Shown here: positions 15,554-25,282 of the stretch, in pieces
How the letters are laid out: each line of letters begins with the position of its first letter
How positions within the stretch are numbered: position 1 is the stretch's first letter
Virus record (IMG/VR): IMGVR_UViG_2778261245_000001
Location: 1-38,365 of that record
Length of the DNA stretch: 38,365 bases
Direction: 5' to 3' (one strand)
Origin: a virus
Lineage: Duplodnaviria > Heunggongvirae > Uroviricota > Caudoviricetes
The notes under the pieces: generated by a model
Told to the model about the DNA's origin: nothing
Databases searched by the model: none
Seen by the model: the letters and a program-made list of their open reading frames with translations, nothing else
Program-made: the position numbers and the translations under genes

Positions 15554-16048
15554 ATGGCTGGAACGGCGGGGCGTTCCGGGCGTCGCCCCAAGCCAACGGC
15601 GCGCAAGGCGCTGGCCGGAAACCCCGGCAAGCGAGCCCTGAACAAAGATGAACCTGTTTTTACGCCCATCAAAGGGGTTGAGCCACCGGAGTGGTTCGCA
15701 GAAGAAAATCTCCCTCTCGCTACGATCATGTGGCAACTGACAACCAAAGAACTCTGCGGTCAGGGCCTGCTGTGCGTGACTGACCTCGCGGTGCTTGAGC
15801 GGTGGTGCGTAGCCTATGAGTTCTGGCGACGTGCCGTGAAAAATATTGCCAGCCAGGGCAACACCATCACCGGTGCAATGGGCGGTATGGTCAAAAATCC
15901 GGAGCTGACCGCCAAGAAAGAACAGGAGTCCGAGATGAGCAGCACGGGGGCAATGCTCGGACTCGACCCCAGCAGCCGCCAGCGTCTGATTGGCCTGGCG
16001 GGGCAGAAGAAAGCCACTAACCCGTTTCTGAAAATTATCGAATCATGA
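15554..16048 (+). CDS. Terminase small subunit (P27 family)
   Basis: ATG 15554 with AGGAG RBS; N-terminal [14 protein letters not shown] typical of P27-family TerS; precedes TerL with overlapping stop/start. Confidence 0.8.
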   Translation: MAGTAGRSGRRPKPTARKALAGNPGKRALNKDEPVFTPIKGVEPPEWFAEENLPLATIMWQLTTKELCGQGLLCVTDLAVLERWCVAYEFWRRAVKNIASQGNTITGAMGGMVKNPELTAKKEQESEMSSTGAMLGLDPSSRQRLIGLAGQKKATNPFLKIIES

Positions 16049-17778
16049 GCCGGAAATCTTACCCCAACGTAAATGCAGCCAATCAGTATGCCCGTGATGT
16101 CGTGCGCGGAAAGATTGTGGCCTGCCAGTTTGTGATTCAGGCCTGCCAGCGCCATCTTGATGACCTGATGGCGGAAAAAAGTAAGTCGTTTCGTTACCGC
16201 TTCGACAAGGACCTGGCTGAACGGGCCGCGAAATTTATTCAGCTGTTGCCGCACACCAAGGGTGAGTGGGCATTCAAACGGATGCCCATCACGCTGGAGC
16301 CGTGGCAGCTATTTGTGATCTGCTGTGCGTTTGGCTGGGTCAATAAAGGCACCCGGTTGCGCCGCTTCCGGGAGGTGTATACCGAAATCCCCCGTAAGAA
16401 CGGCAAATCAGCAATCTCTGCCGGTGTTGCCCTGTATTGTTTTGCCTGTGATAACGAGTTTGGCGCGGAAGTGTATTCCGGTGCCACGACAGAGAAACAG
16501 GCGTGGGAAGTCTTTCGCCCGGCGCGACTGATGTGTAAACGCACACCCATGCTGACGGAAGCGTTCGGGATTGAGGTTAACGCCTCAAACATGAACCGTC
16601 CGGAGGATGGCGCGCGGTTTGAACCGCTGATCGGTAACCCTGGTGATGGTTCATCACCCCACTGTGCGGTGGTGGATGAATATCACGAGCACGCCACCGA
16701 TGCGCTTTATACCACGATGCTTACCGGGATGGGGGCGCGACGTCAGCCACTGATGTGGGCCATCACCACCGCCGGGTACAACATTGAGGGGCCGTGCTAC
16801 GACAAGCGGCGGGAAGTTATCGAGATGCTCAACGGTTCGGTACCCAACGATGAACTGTTCGGGATCATCTATACCGTTGATGAAGGTGACGACTGGACCG
16901 ACCCGCAGGTGCTGGAAAAAGCCAATCCAAATATTGGCGTGTCGGTTTATCGCGAATTTTTGTTAAGTCAGCAGCAGCGTGCTAAAAATAACGCCCGTCT
17001 GGCAAACGTCTTTAAAACAAAACACCTCAATATCTGGGTGTCGGCGCGTTCGGCGTATTTCAACCTGGTGAGCTGGCAGAGCTGCGAGGATAAATCACTG
17101 ACCCTTGAGCAGTTCGAGGGGCAGCCGTGCATTCTGGCCTTTGACCTGGCGCGTAAGCTGGATATGAACAGCATGGCGCGACTTTATACCCGCGAGATTG
17201 ACGGTAAAACGCATTACTACAGTGTGGCCCCGCGTTTCTGGGTACCGTATGACACGGTGTACAGCGTCGAGAAAAATGAAGATCGCCGGACAGCCGAACG
17301 CTTTCAGAAATGGGTGGAAATGGGCGTTCTGACTGTTACCGCTGGTGCGGAGGTGGATTATCGCTACATCCTCGAGGAGGCCAAAGCGGCGAACAAAATC
17401 AGCCCGGTCAGTGAGTCACCCATCGACCCCTTCGGGGCGACCGGGCTGTCGCATGACCTTGCTGATGAAGACCTGAACCCCATCACCATCATTCAGAACT
17501 ACACCAACATGTCCGATCCGATGAAAGAGCTGGAAGCGGCGATTGAATCGGGGCGCTTTCATCATGACGGCAATCCCATCATGACCTGGTGTATCGGCAA
17601 CGTGGTCGGCAAAACCATTCCGGGTAACGATGATGTGGTGAAGCCTGTCAAGGAGCAGGCGGAAAACAAAATCGATGGTGCGGTTGCACTGATTATGGCG
17701 ATCGGTCGGGCAATGCTCAAAGAACCCGACGATTTCCTCTCATCTCTTGATCCGGACGATGCTCTCTTAATTCTATGA
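16045..17778 (+). CDS. Terminase large subunit
   Basis: 577 aa; size, position and ATPase/nuclease-like layout. Confidence 0.9.
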   Translation: MSRKSYPNVNAANQYARDVVRGKIVACQFVIQACQRHLDDLMAEKSKSFRYRFDKDLAERAAKFIQLLPHTKGEWAFKRMPITLEPWQLFVICCAFGWVNKGTRLRRFREVYTEIPRKNGKSAISAGVALYCFACDNEFGAEVYSGATTEKQAWEVFRPARLMCKRTPMLTEAFGIEVNASNMNRPEDGARFEPLIGNPGDGSSPHCAVVDEYHEHATDALYTTMLTGMGARRQPLMWAITTAGYNIEGPCYDKRREVIEMLNGSVPNDELFGIIYTVDEGDDWTDPQVLEKANPNIGVSVYREFLLSQQQRAKNNARLANVFKTKHLNIWVSARSAYFNLVSWQSCEDKSLTLEQFEGQPCILAFDLARKLDMNSMARLYTREIDGKTHYYSVAPRFWVPYDTVYSVEKNEDRRTAERFQKWVEMGVLTVTAGAEVDYRYILEEAKAANKISPVSESPIDPFGATGLSHDLADEDLNPITIIQNYTNMSDPMKELEAAIESGRFHHDGNPIMTWCIGNVVGKTIPGNDDVVKPVKEQAENKIDGAVALIMAIGRAMLKEPDDFLSSLDPDDALLIL

Positions 17779-17930
17779 AATCACTAATTGCTGATGTTAT
17801 CGGGCTGGCTGGTTTTGGCCTGCTTACGTGCGGGTTTTACCTGCAGTTTGGTATGGCTCCGGCTCTGATGCTGTCCGGCGGTTTACTGCTGGTGGGCGCA
17901 CTGGCTATGGCCAGAAGGGGGACGCGTGCT
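17775..17930 (+). CDS. Possible small hydrophobic protein (51 aa) between terminase and portal
   Basis: ATG overlapping the TerL stop (ATGA); translation [53 protein letters not shown] is almost entirely hydrophobic; below ORF-track size cutoff. Confidence 0.3.
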
Positions 17931-19152
17931 GCTTGATGCTCTGTTCAGAAGTAAATCACTGGAGAATCCTTCCACCCCGATAACCGGGGATGCCGTTGAT
18001 ACTGATGGGCTGTTCCGGGCAGACGTTTATGTCAGTCCTGAAACTGCGATGAAACTGGCTGCGGTGTATTCCTGTATCTATGTCCTGTCTTCCAGCCTTG
18101 CCCAGATGCCGTTGCATGTTATGCGCAGGCACAATGGGAAGGTTGAGCCCGCACGCGATCATCCGGCGTTTTATCTGGTTCATGATGAGCCCAATACCTG
18201 GCAAACCAGTTACAAATGGCGCGAACTGAAGCAACGTCACATCCTTGGCTGGGGGAATGGGTATACCTGGGTGAAACGTAATCGTCGCGGTGAAGTCATA
18301 TCCCTGGATTGCTGTATGCCGTGGGAAACGACGCTGATGAATACTGGTGGCCGATACACCTACGGTTTGTACAACGAATATGGGGCGTTTGCGATCAGCC
18401 CCGACGATATGATCCACATCCGTGCGCTGGGTAATAATCAGAAGATGGGGCTGAGTCCGATTATGCAACATGCCGAAACAATAGGCATGGGGATGAGCGG
18501 TCAGAAATACACAGAAAGCTTCTTCAGCGGTAATGCCCGTCCGGCGGGGATAGTATCCGTTAAAAGCGGACTCAATAAGGACAGCTGGGGCTGGCTTAAA
18601 GATCAGTGGCAGAAGGCATCGCAGGCGTTACGCAGCCAGGAAAACAAAACCATGCTGCTGCCAGCCGATCTGGATTACAAGGCACTGACTGTGTCGCCAG
18701 TTGACGCTCAGATCATTGACATGATGAAACTGAACCGTTCAATGATTGCCGGTATTTTCAATATTCCTGCGCACATGATTAATGACCTCGAAAAAGCCAC
18801 CTTCTCCAATATTTCTGCGCAGGCGATTCAGTTTGTCCGCTACACGATGATGCCGTGGGTGACGAACTGGGAGCAGGAGCTTAACCGTCGCTTGTTTACC
18901 CGCGCTGAGTTAGCCGCCGGGTATTACGTCAGGTTCAATCTGACGGGGCTTTTACGCGGAACTCCACAGGAGCGCGCGCAATTCTATCACTTCGCTATTA
19001 CCGATGGATGGATGAGCCGTAATGAGGCCCGTGCATTCGAGGATATGAATCCGGTTGAAGGGCTGGATGAGATGCTGGTAAGCGTGAATGCTGCTAACCC
19101 GGCAGGAGATTTTAAGCCCCCAAAAAATGATGAGGGAAAAACCAATGAATGA
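17926..19152 (+). CDS. Portal protein (HK97 family)
   Basis: 408 aa directly downstream of terminase; position and size. Confidence 0.85.
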   Translation: MLLDALFRSKSLENPSTPITGDAVDTDGLFRADVYVSPETAMKLAAVYSCIYVLSSSLAQMPLHVMRRHNGKVEPARDHPAFYLVHDEPNTWQTSYKWRELKQRHILGWGNGYTWVKRNRRGEVISLDCCMPWETTLMNTGGRYTYGLYNEYGAFAISPDDMIHIRALGNNQKMGLSPIMQHAETIGMGMSGQKYTESFFSGNARPAGIVSVKSGLNKDSWGWLKDQWQKASQALRSQENKTMLLPADLDYKALTVSPVDAQIIDMMKLNRSMIAGIFNIPAHMINDLEKATFSNISAQAIQFVRYTMMPWVTNWEQELNRRLFTRAELAAGYYVRFNLTGLLRGTPQERAQFYHFAITDGWMSRNEARAFEDMNPVEGLDEMLVSVNAANPAGDFKPPKNDEGKTNE

Positions 19153-19747
19153 CCGTGAAATCCGTTGTTACAGCGGTGAGGTGCGTGCTGAGCGGCATGA
19201 CGATAACCCTGCGCACATTATCGGTTATGGATCGGTGTTTGACTGTCGTTCTGAGCTGATATTTGGTTCATTCCGCGAAATCATCCGGCCCGGCGCTTTT
19301 GACGATGTGCTTGGTGATGATGTACGCGCACTGTTTAACCACGATCCTAATTTTATTCTTGGGCGTAGTGCAGCAGGCACGCTGAATCTTTCAGTTGATG
19401 AGCGCGGATTGCGCTATGACATCCAGGCTCCGGAGACACAGACCATTCGTGATCTGGTGCTGGCCCCGATGCAACGTGGAGATATTAACCAGTCATCTTT
19501 TGCTTTCCGTGTCGCCCGTGACGGCGAGGAGTGGTATCAGGATGAGGACGGGGTTGTTATTCGCGAGATAACCCGCTTTTCCCGTCTGCTGGATGTCAGT
19601 CCTGTGACATATCCTGCCTATCAGGAGGCTGACTCGGCTGTTCGCTCCATGAAAGCATGGCAGGAGGCGCGCAACAGCGGCGCGCTACAGAAAGCCATTA
19701 ATCAACGTATGGCGCGTGAACGCGTCCTGACCCTTCTTAACGCGTAA
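19145..19747 (+). CDS. Prohead maturation protease (HK97 family)
   Basis: About 200 aa from ATG 19145 overlapping portal stop; between portal and capsid as in HK97. Confidence 0.8.
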   Translation: MNDREIRCYSGEVRAERHDDNPAHIIGYGSVFDCRSELIFGSFREIIRPGAFDDVLGDDVRALFNHDPNFILGRSAAGTLNLSVDERGLRYDIQAPETQTIRDLVLAPMQRGDINQSSFAFRVARDGEEWYQDEDGVVIREITRFSRLLDVSPVTYPAYQEADSAVRSMKAWQEARNSGALQKAINQRMARERVLTLLNA

Positions 19748-19757
19748 AGGAAACATC

Positions 19758-20987
19758 ATGAAACTGCATGAACTGAAACAGAAACGTAATACTATCGCAA
19801 CTGACATGCGCGCCCTGAATGAAAAAATTGGTGATAACGCATGGACGGAAGAGCAGCGCACTGAGTGGAACAAAGCAAAATCCGAACTGGAAGCTCTTGA
19901 TGAACGAATTGCACGCGAAGAAGAACTGCGTCGTCAGGATCAGGCGTACATTGAAAGCAATGAGGAAGAGCAGCGTCAGAATCTTGATCCGGAAAACAAT
20001 TCGCAACAGGATGAGAAACGAGCTCAGGTTTTTGATAAGTGGATGCGTCACGGTGCCAGTGAGCTGACATCAGAAGAGCGAAAGGCGTTGCGTGAACTTC
20101 GTGCCCAGGGTGTAGCTCAGGATGAAAAGGGCGGATATACCGTACCAGAAACATTCCTGGCGAAAGTTGTTGAGAAGATGAAATCCTACGGTGGCATCGC
20201 CAGTGTGGCGCAGATTCTGACCACTTCTGACGGTCGCACCATGGAGTGGGCAACAGCTGATGGTACTTCCGAAGTTGGTGTTCTGCTGGGCGAAAATGAA
20301 GAAGCCGGTGAAGAAGACACCGATTTCGGTATGGGAAGTCTTGGGGCGCTCAAAATGACATCGAAAATCATTCGTGTGTCTAATGAGTTGCTGCAGGACA
20401 GCGCGATCGATATGGAAGCTTATCTTGCCCGTCGCATTGCTGAACGTATTGGTCGTGGTGAAGCCCGTTATCTGATTCAGGGGACGGGGGCTGGTACGCC
20501 TAAACAACCCAAAGGGCTGGTCGCATCTGTGACCGGCACAACACAGACTGCCGCGGCAAATACGGTGAAGTGGCAGGAAATTCTGGCTCTGAAACACAGC
20601 ATTGATCCTGCATATCGTCGCGGACCGAAATTCCGCCTGGCGTTTAACGATAATACGCTGAAACTGATCAGTGAGATGGAAGACGGTCAGGGACGCCCTT
20701 TATGGTTGCCGGATATTGTTGGTGTGGCACCTGCTTCAGTGTTGAATGTACCGTATGTCATTGATCAGGAAATTGATGATATCGGGGCGGGTAAAAAATT
20801 CATGTTCTGTGGTGACTTTGATCGCTTCATTATCCGTCGTGTGCGATACATGATTCTTAAACGTCTGGTTGAGCGTTACGCGGAATATGATCAGACCGGT
20901 TTTCTGGCCTTCCATCGTTTTGACTGTATCCTGGAAGACACCTCTGCCATTAAAGCGCTGGTGGGGAAAGGTAGCGTTGGTGGTTGA
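19758..20987 (+). CDS. Major capsid protein (HK97 fold) with N-terminal scaffold-like delta domain
   Basis: 409 aa; charged coiled-coil N-terminus (first about 100 aa) followed by capsid domain; position after protease. Confidence 0.9.
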   Translation: MKLHELKQKRNTIATDMRALNEKIGDNAWTEEQRTEWNKAKSELEALDERIAREEELRRQDQAYIESNEEEQRQNLDPENNSQQDEKRAQVFDKWMRHGASELTSEERKALRELRAQGVAQDEKGGYTVPETFLAKVVEKMKSYGGIASVAQILTTSDGRTMEWATADGTSEVGVLLGENEEAGEEDTDFGMGSLGALKMTSKIIRVSNELLQDSAIDMEAYLARRIAERIGRGEARYLIQGTGAGTPKQPKGLVASVTGTTQTAAANTVKWQEILALKHSIDPAYRRGPKFRLAFNDNTLKLISEMEDGQGRPLWLPDIVGVAPASVLNVPYVIDQEIDDIGAGKKFMFCGDFDRFIIRRVRYMILKRLVERYAEYDQTGFLAFHRFDCILEDTSAIKALVGKGSVGG

Positions 20988-21065
20988 TTAGTCTTTTTAC
21001 GTAATACAGCACGCCGCGTAATGCGGTTTTTTTGTGCCCGCGTTCTGGCGGGCACAGGAGGTTTT

Positions 21066-21389
21066 ATGCTGTTAAAAATGGAAGAGATTAAGCTTCAGCT
21101 CCGTCTGGATGATGATTTCTCTGATGAAGATGAGTTGCTTGAACTGCTTGGTAAGGCCGCTCAGAGTCGTACGGAAAACTTCCTTAACCGTAAGTTGTAT
21201 GCAACCGCAGATGACAGGCCTGCGGATGATCCTGATGGGCTTGTGATATCTGATGATGTGAAGCTGGCGCTTCTGCTACTTGTCAGCCATTTCTACGAAA
21301 ACCGCTCAACGGTTACAGACGTTGAGAAAATGGAGTTGCCAATGAGTTTTAACTGGTTGGTTGCTCCTTATCGCCTTATACCACTATGA
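21066..21389 (+). CDS. Head-tail connector protein (gp6-like)
   Basis: About 107 aa from ATG 21066 with AGGAGG RBS; acidic small protein after capsid gene. Confidence 0.65.
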   Translation: MLLKMEEIKLQLRLDDDFSDEDELLELLGKAAQSRTENFLNRKLYATADDRPADDPDGLVISDDVKLALLLLVSHFYENRSTVTDVEKMELPMSFNWLVAPYRLIPL

Positions 21390-21796
21390 AAATTCGTCAG
21401 GCGCAGACCAGCGCAACCTACATACTGCCGGACCCAGGCGAGCTGAATAAACGCGTCCTGATCCGCCAGCGGGTGGATATGCCCGCGGATAACTTTGGCG
21501 TGGAGCCTCAATACCCGGTTGCGTTCCGGGCATGGGCGAAGGTTATCCAGACCAGTGCCACCACCTGGCAGGAAACCGCGCAGATCGGAGACGCCATCAC
21601 CCATTACATCACCATTCGCTACCGCCGGGGGATCACTGCTGATTATGAGGTGGTCTGTGATGACAGTGTGTACCGGGTGAAACGTCAGCGTGATCTGAAC
21701 GGGGCGCGGCGCTTTCTGCTGCTGGAGTGTACGGAACTGGGTGCCGAAGAACAAATGGGAGGACGCAGTGGAGCAGACAGCATTTTTACACGTTGA
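21386..21796 (+). CDS. Head closure / head-tail adaptor protein
   Basis: 136 aa, overlapping start, position in head-completion block. Confidence 0.6.
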   Translation: MKIRQAQTSATYILPDPGELNKRVLIRQRVDMPADNFGVEPQYPVAFRAWAKVIQTSATTWQETAQIGDAITHYITIRYRRGITADYEVVCDDSVYRVKRQRDLNGARRFLLLECTELGAEEQMGGRSGADSIFTR

Positions 21797-22292
21797 TTTC
21801 AAACAACCGGAGGAGATGGAGTTTAATCGTGCCAGGCTCCGAAGGGCATTTGTTCAAATCGGGCGTGTCTATATGCGTGATGCCCGGCGGCTGGTGATGC
21901 GACGTGGTCGGTCTGCTCCAGGTGAAAACCCCGGCTATCAGACCGGACGACTTGCGCGTTCTATAGGTTATTACGTCCCCCGTAAAAGCTCCCGTCGTTC
22001 TGGCCTGATGGTCAGGATTTCCCCTAACCAGAAAAACGGGCAGGGTAACCGGCGTTTTCCTGAAGGTTCTGCGTATTATCCGGCGTTTCTGTATTACGGT
22101 GTGCGTCATGCCGCATACGGGATGAGCAAAAAGGATAAGCGCCAGAAAAAGCAGCATTCATCCCGCTGGCGGCTGGCACCACGTAATAACTTTATGGCTG
22201 ATGTCATCGACCAGCGTCGTTACTGGACACAAAAGTTACTGTCCCGTGAGTTACAGCGGTCATTACGTCCTGTAAGAAGGAAAAAAACATGA
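21768..22292 (+). CDS. HK97 gp10-like neck/tail-attachment protein
   Basis: GTG 21768 with GGAGG RBS 5 nt upstream; basic protein in head-completion block. Confidence 0.55.
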   Translation: MEQTAFLHVDFKQPEEMEFNRARLRRAFVQIGRVYMRDARRLVMRRGRSAPGENPGYQTGRLARSIGYYVPRKSSRRSGLMVRISPNQKNGQGNRRFPEGSAYYPAFLYYGVRHAAYGMSKKDKRQKKQHSSRWRLAPRNNFMADVIDQRRYWTQKLLSRELQRSLRPVRRKKT

Positions 22293-22849
22293 AACTGACG
22301 CCTGTTATTGCTGCGCTGCGTGCCCGCTGCCCGTATTTTGAAAACCGGGTGGCAGGCGCGGCCCAGTTCAAAAATCTGCCGGAGGTCGGAAAGCTGAAAC
22401 TCCCGGCGGCATATGTGGTACCGGGGGATGATTCTCCGGGAGAAAACAAAAGCCAGACCGACTACTGGCAGGAGCTGAAAGAGGGCTTCTCCGTGGTTGT
22501 CATACTGAGTAACTGGCGTGATGAGCGCGGTCAGTTTGCCTCGTATGATGTGGTGGACGATGTCCGGCAGATGCTCTTTAAGGCCCTGCTGGGCTGGAAC
22601 CCGGAAGCGTGCGGTAACCCGATTACCTATGACGGCGGCACGCTGCTGGATCTGAATCGTCATGAGCTGATTTATCAGTTCGATTTTTCGGTCATCAGCG
22701 AGCTGACCGAAGACGATACCCGCCAGCAGGATGAGCTGAACAGTCTGGATGAACTGCGAACGCTGGCGATTGATGTTGATTATCTCGATCCCGGTAACGG
22801 GCCTGACGGCGATATCGAACATCACACCGAAATAACCATTCCTTCCTGA
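22289..22849 (+). CDS. Tail completion / terminator-like protein
   Basis: 186 aa immediately upstream of the sheath block; assignment by position only. Confidence 0.45.
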   Translation: MKLTPVIAALRARCPYFENRVAGAAQFKNLPEVGKLKLPAAYVVPGDDSPGENKSQTDYWQELKEGFSVVVILSNWRDERGQFASYDVVDDVRQMLFKALLGWNPEACGNPITYDGGTLLDLNRHELIYQFDFSVISELTEDDTRQQDELNSLDELRTLAIDVDYLDPGNGPDGDIEHHTEITIPS

Positions 22850-22857
22850 GAATCTTC

Positions 22858-23028
22858 ATGTTTGTGAAACCTGTTAAAGGGCGGTCAGTGCCTGACCCTG
22901 CCCGCGGTGACCTTTTGCCCACCGAAGGGCGAAATGTTGACGAGAACAACTACTGGCTGCGCCGTGAAGCAGCGGGTGATATCCGGCGCGTGAATAAAAA
23001 GGTGAACACCGATGACGATAAGCTTTAA
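22858..23028 (+). CDS. Small DUF2635-like protein preceding tail sheath (56 aa)
   Basis: ATG 22858, MFVKPVKGRSVPDPARGDLLPTEGRNVDENNYWLRREAAGDIRRV; such a small gene commonly precedes the sheath gene in Mu-like tail modules; below ORF-track cutoff. Confidence 0.4.
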   Translation: MFVKPVKGRSVPDPARGDLLPTEGRNVDENNYWLRREAAGDIRRVNKKVNTDDDKL

Positions 23029-24508
23029 CACCATTCCGTCGAATACGCTGGTTCCGCTGTTTTATGCGGAAATGGATAACTCGGCGGCGAATACTGCACA
23101 GGACAGCGGGGCATCGTTGCTGATTGGTCACGCCAATAACGGTGCAGAGATTGTTGCCAACAGTCTGGTGCTGATGCCGTCGGCAGACTATGCACGCCAG
23201 ATTTGTGGTGTGGGAAGTCAGCTGGCGCGTATGGTCGAGGCTTATCGCCAGACCGACCCGTTTGGCGAGCTGTATGTGATTGCCGTTCCGGAAGCCACAG
23301 GCGCGGCGGCAACGGTTACGCTGACGGTGACCGGAGCAGCAACCGAAACCGGCACGGTGAATGTTTATGTGGGACGTACCCGCGTGCAGGCACCGGTGAC
23401 CAACGGCGATAACGTCACGACGATTGCCAGCAGTATCAAAGATGCCATCAATGCCGTTCCGGCCCTGCCGTTTACGGCTTCATCTTCGGCAGGCGTGGTC
23501 ACACTGACCGCGCGTCATAAGGGGCTTTGCGGGAATGAAATTCCTGTCAGCCTCAATTACTACGGCTTTGGTGGGGGCGAAGTGCTGCCAGCGGGCGTAC
23601 AGATTGCCGTGGCGACGGGTACCGCCGGAACGGGTGCTCCGGTTCTCACCGGCGCGGTGGCTGCAATGGCGGATGAGCCGTTTGATTATATCGGACTGCC
23701 GTTCAACGACACGGCCTCCGTTAACACGCTGGTGACCGAGATGAACGATACCAGCGGTCGCTGGAGCTATGCGCGTCAGCTGTATGGTCATGTGTATACG
23801 GCAAAGATCGGCACGCTGTCAGAACTGGTGACCGCAGGTGACCAGTTTAACCAGCAGCACATTACCCTGGCGGGGTACGAAAAAGAGACCCAGACGCCTG
23901 CCGACGAACTGGCGGCAAGCCGTACCGCCCGCGCAGCGGTGTTTATTCGCAACGATCCGGCACGTCCCACGCAGACCGGTGAGCTGGTGGGTATGCTGCC
24001 TGCGCCGAAGGGGAAACGGTTCACGATGACCGAACAACAGACCCTGCTGTCTCATGGCGTGGCAACGGCGTATGTCGAAAGCGGGGTACTGCGCATTCAG
24101 CGTGATGTCACCACGTACAGGAAAAACGCTTACGGGGTTGCGGATAACAGCTACCTAGACAGTGAGACTCTGCATACCAGCGCGTATGTACTGCGCAAAC
24201 TGAAATCCGTCATTACCAGTAAGTACGGGCGTCACAAGCTTGCCAGTGACGGTACCCGCTTTGGTCCCGGTCAGGCGATTGTCACCCCGGCGGTGATCAA
24301 AGGGGAACTGCTGGCAACCTACCGTCAGCTTGAGCGTGCGGGGATCGTGGAAAACTACGCACTGTTTAAGCAGTACCTGGTTGTGGAGCGTGATGCCAGC
24401 GATCCGAACCGCCTGAACACGCTGTTCCCGCCTGACTATGTTAACCAGTTGCGTGTCTTTGCCGTGGTTAACCAGTTCCGTCTTCAGTATTCAGAGGAGT
24501 CCGCATAA
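23012..24508 (+). CDS. Tail sheath protein (Mu gpL-like)
   Basis: 498 aa; first large gene of the tail block followed by tube and chaperones. Confidence 0.85.
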   Translation: MTISFNTIPSNTLVPLFYAEMDNSAANTAQDSGASLLIGHANNGAEIVANSLVLMPSADYARQICGVGSQLARMVEAYRQTDPFGELYVIAVPEATGAAATVTLTVTGAATETGTVNVYVGRTRVQAPVTNGDNVTTIASSIKDAINAVPALPFTASSSAGVVTLTARHKGLCGNEIPVSLNYYGFGGGEVLPAGVQIAVATGTAGTGAPVLTGAVAAMADEPFDYIGLPFNDTASVNTLVTEMNDTSGRWSYARQLYGHVYTAKIGTLSELVTAGDQFNQQHITLAGYEKETQTPADELAASRTARAAVFIRNDPARPTQTGELVGMLPAPKGKRFTMTEQQTLLSHGVATAYVESGVLRIQRDVTTYRKNAYGVADNSYLDSETLHTSAYVLRKLKSVITSKYGRHKLASDGTRFGPGQAIVTPAVIKGELLATYRQLERAGIVENYALFKQYLVVERDASDPNRLNTLFPPDYVNQLRVFAVVNQFRLQYSEESA

Positions 24509-24864
24509 TGGCCCGTATCGGGGGAACCTGTTATTTCAAAATTGACGGTCAGCAGCTATCGCTGACCGGCGGCATTGAGGTGCCCATGAACAGGACGGTC
24601 AATGATGACATCATCGGCCTGGACGGTTCAGTGGACCGCAAGGAAACTCACCGTGCGCCTTATGTCAAAGGGACCTTCAAGGTGCCGAAGAATTTTCCGG
24701 TGAGCAAAATCACCTCGTCTGATGAGATGACCATCACTGCCGAGCTGGCGAACGGTCAGGTCTATGTACTGTCGTCTGCCTGGCTGCACGGCGAAGCGAA
24801 CCATAATGCCGAAGAAGGCACGGTCGATCTTGAGTTCCACGGTGAAGAAGGGGATTACCAGTAA
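24508..24864 (+). CDS. Tail tube protein (Mu gpM-like)
   Basis: 118 aa immediately after sheath with ATGA-type overlap. Confidence 0.8.
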   Translation: MARIGGTCYFKIDGQQLSLTGGIEVPMNRTVNDDIIGLDGSVDRKETHRAPYVKGTFKVPKNFPVSKITSSDEMTITAELANGQVYVLSSAWLHGEANHNAEEGTVDLEFHGEEGDYQ

Positions 24865-25133
24865 TGAAAGAGCTTGAGTTAAAGAAACCGATTACCGCTC
24901 ATGGCGAGACACTCTCCGTACTGGAGTTTGATGAGCCCACCGGGAAAGATGTCCGCGAGCTGGGGTATCCCTACCAGATGAATCAGGATGAGTCCGTCAG
25001 ACTTCTGGCGCATGTGGTGTCGAAATACATTGTGCGGCTGGCGAAAGTGCCGCAAAGCTCTGTCGACCAGATGTCTCCGGCAGACCTGAATGCAGCGGCG
25101 TGGCTTGTGGCTGGTTTTTTCCTCCAGGCCTGA
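24864..25133 (+). CDS. Tail assembly chaperone (G-like)
   Basis: 89 aa between tube and tape measure; contains a slippery heptamer near its 3-prime end. Confidence 0.7.
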   Translation: MKELELKKPITAHGETLSVLEFDEPTGKDVRELGYPYQMNQDESVRLLAHVVSKYIVRLAKVPQSSVDQMSPADLNAAAWLVAGFFLQA

Positions 25134-25282
25134 CGGCTGAATACCTCACTGATCGCTTCTTTGACTGCGCCAGCTACTGGCGCATTAATCCCTTCGAATT
25201 GCTGAATATGCCGATCAGTGAAATTCCCTTGCTGGTCAGTCAGGCAAACAGGATAGAGCAGGAGAAACGCACACATGGCTGA
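25100..25282 (+). CDS. -1 frame extension giving the G-T-like frameshifted chaperone
   Basis: ORF in the -1 frame overlapping the end of the G-like gene; slippery T TTT TTC at 25115-25121; extension ends at the start of the tape measure gene. Confidence 0.5.
   Translation: MACGWFFPPGLTAEYLTDRFFDCASYWRINPFELLNMPISEIPLLVSQANRIEQEKRTHG

Noticed and set aside
17956-18471. 171-aa minus-strand ORF
   Set aside because: Lies entirely antisense within the portal gene; no independent support.
20070-20597. 175-aa minus-strand ORF (and 19737-20253 minus ORFs)
   Set aside because: Antisense within the major capsid gene; typical spurious long ORF.
21031-21052. Perfect 8-bp hairpin GTGCCCGC-GTTCTG-GCGGGCAC just before the connector-gene RBS, considered as a terminator
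   Set aside because: No T-tract follows; it directly abuts the AGGAGG RBS, so more likely a translational/structural element or chance palindrome. The weaker hairpin plus T7 just upstream (about 21012-21030) is the more plausible post-capsid terminator, but I did not list it as a feature.
22220-22825. 201-aa minus-strand ORF
   Set aside because: Antisense to the tail completion gene within a co-directional structural operon.
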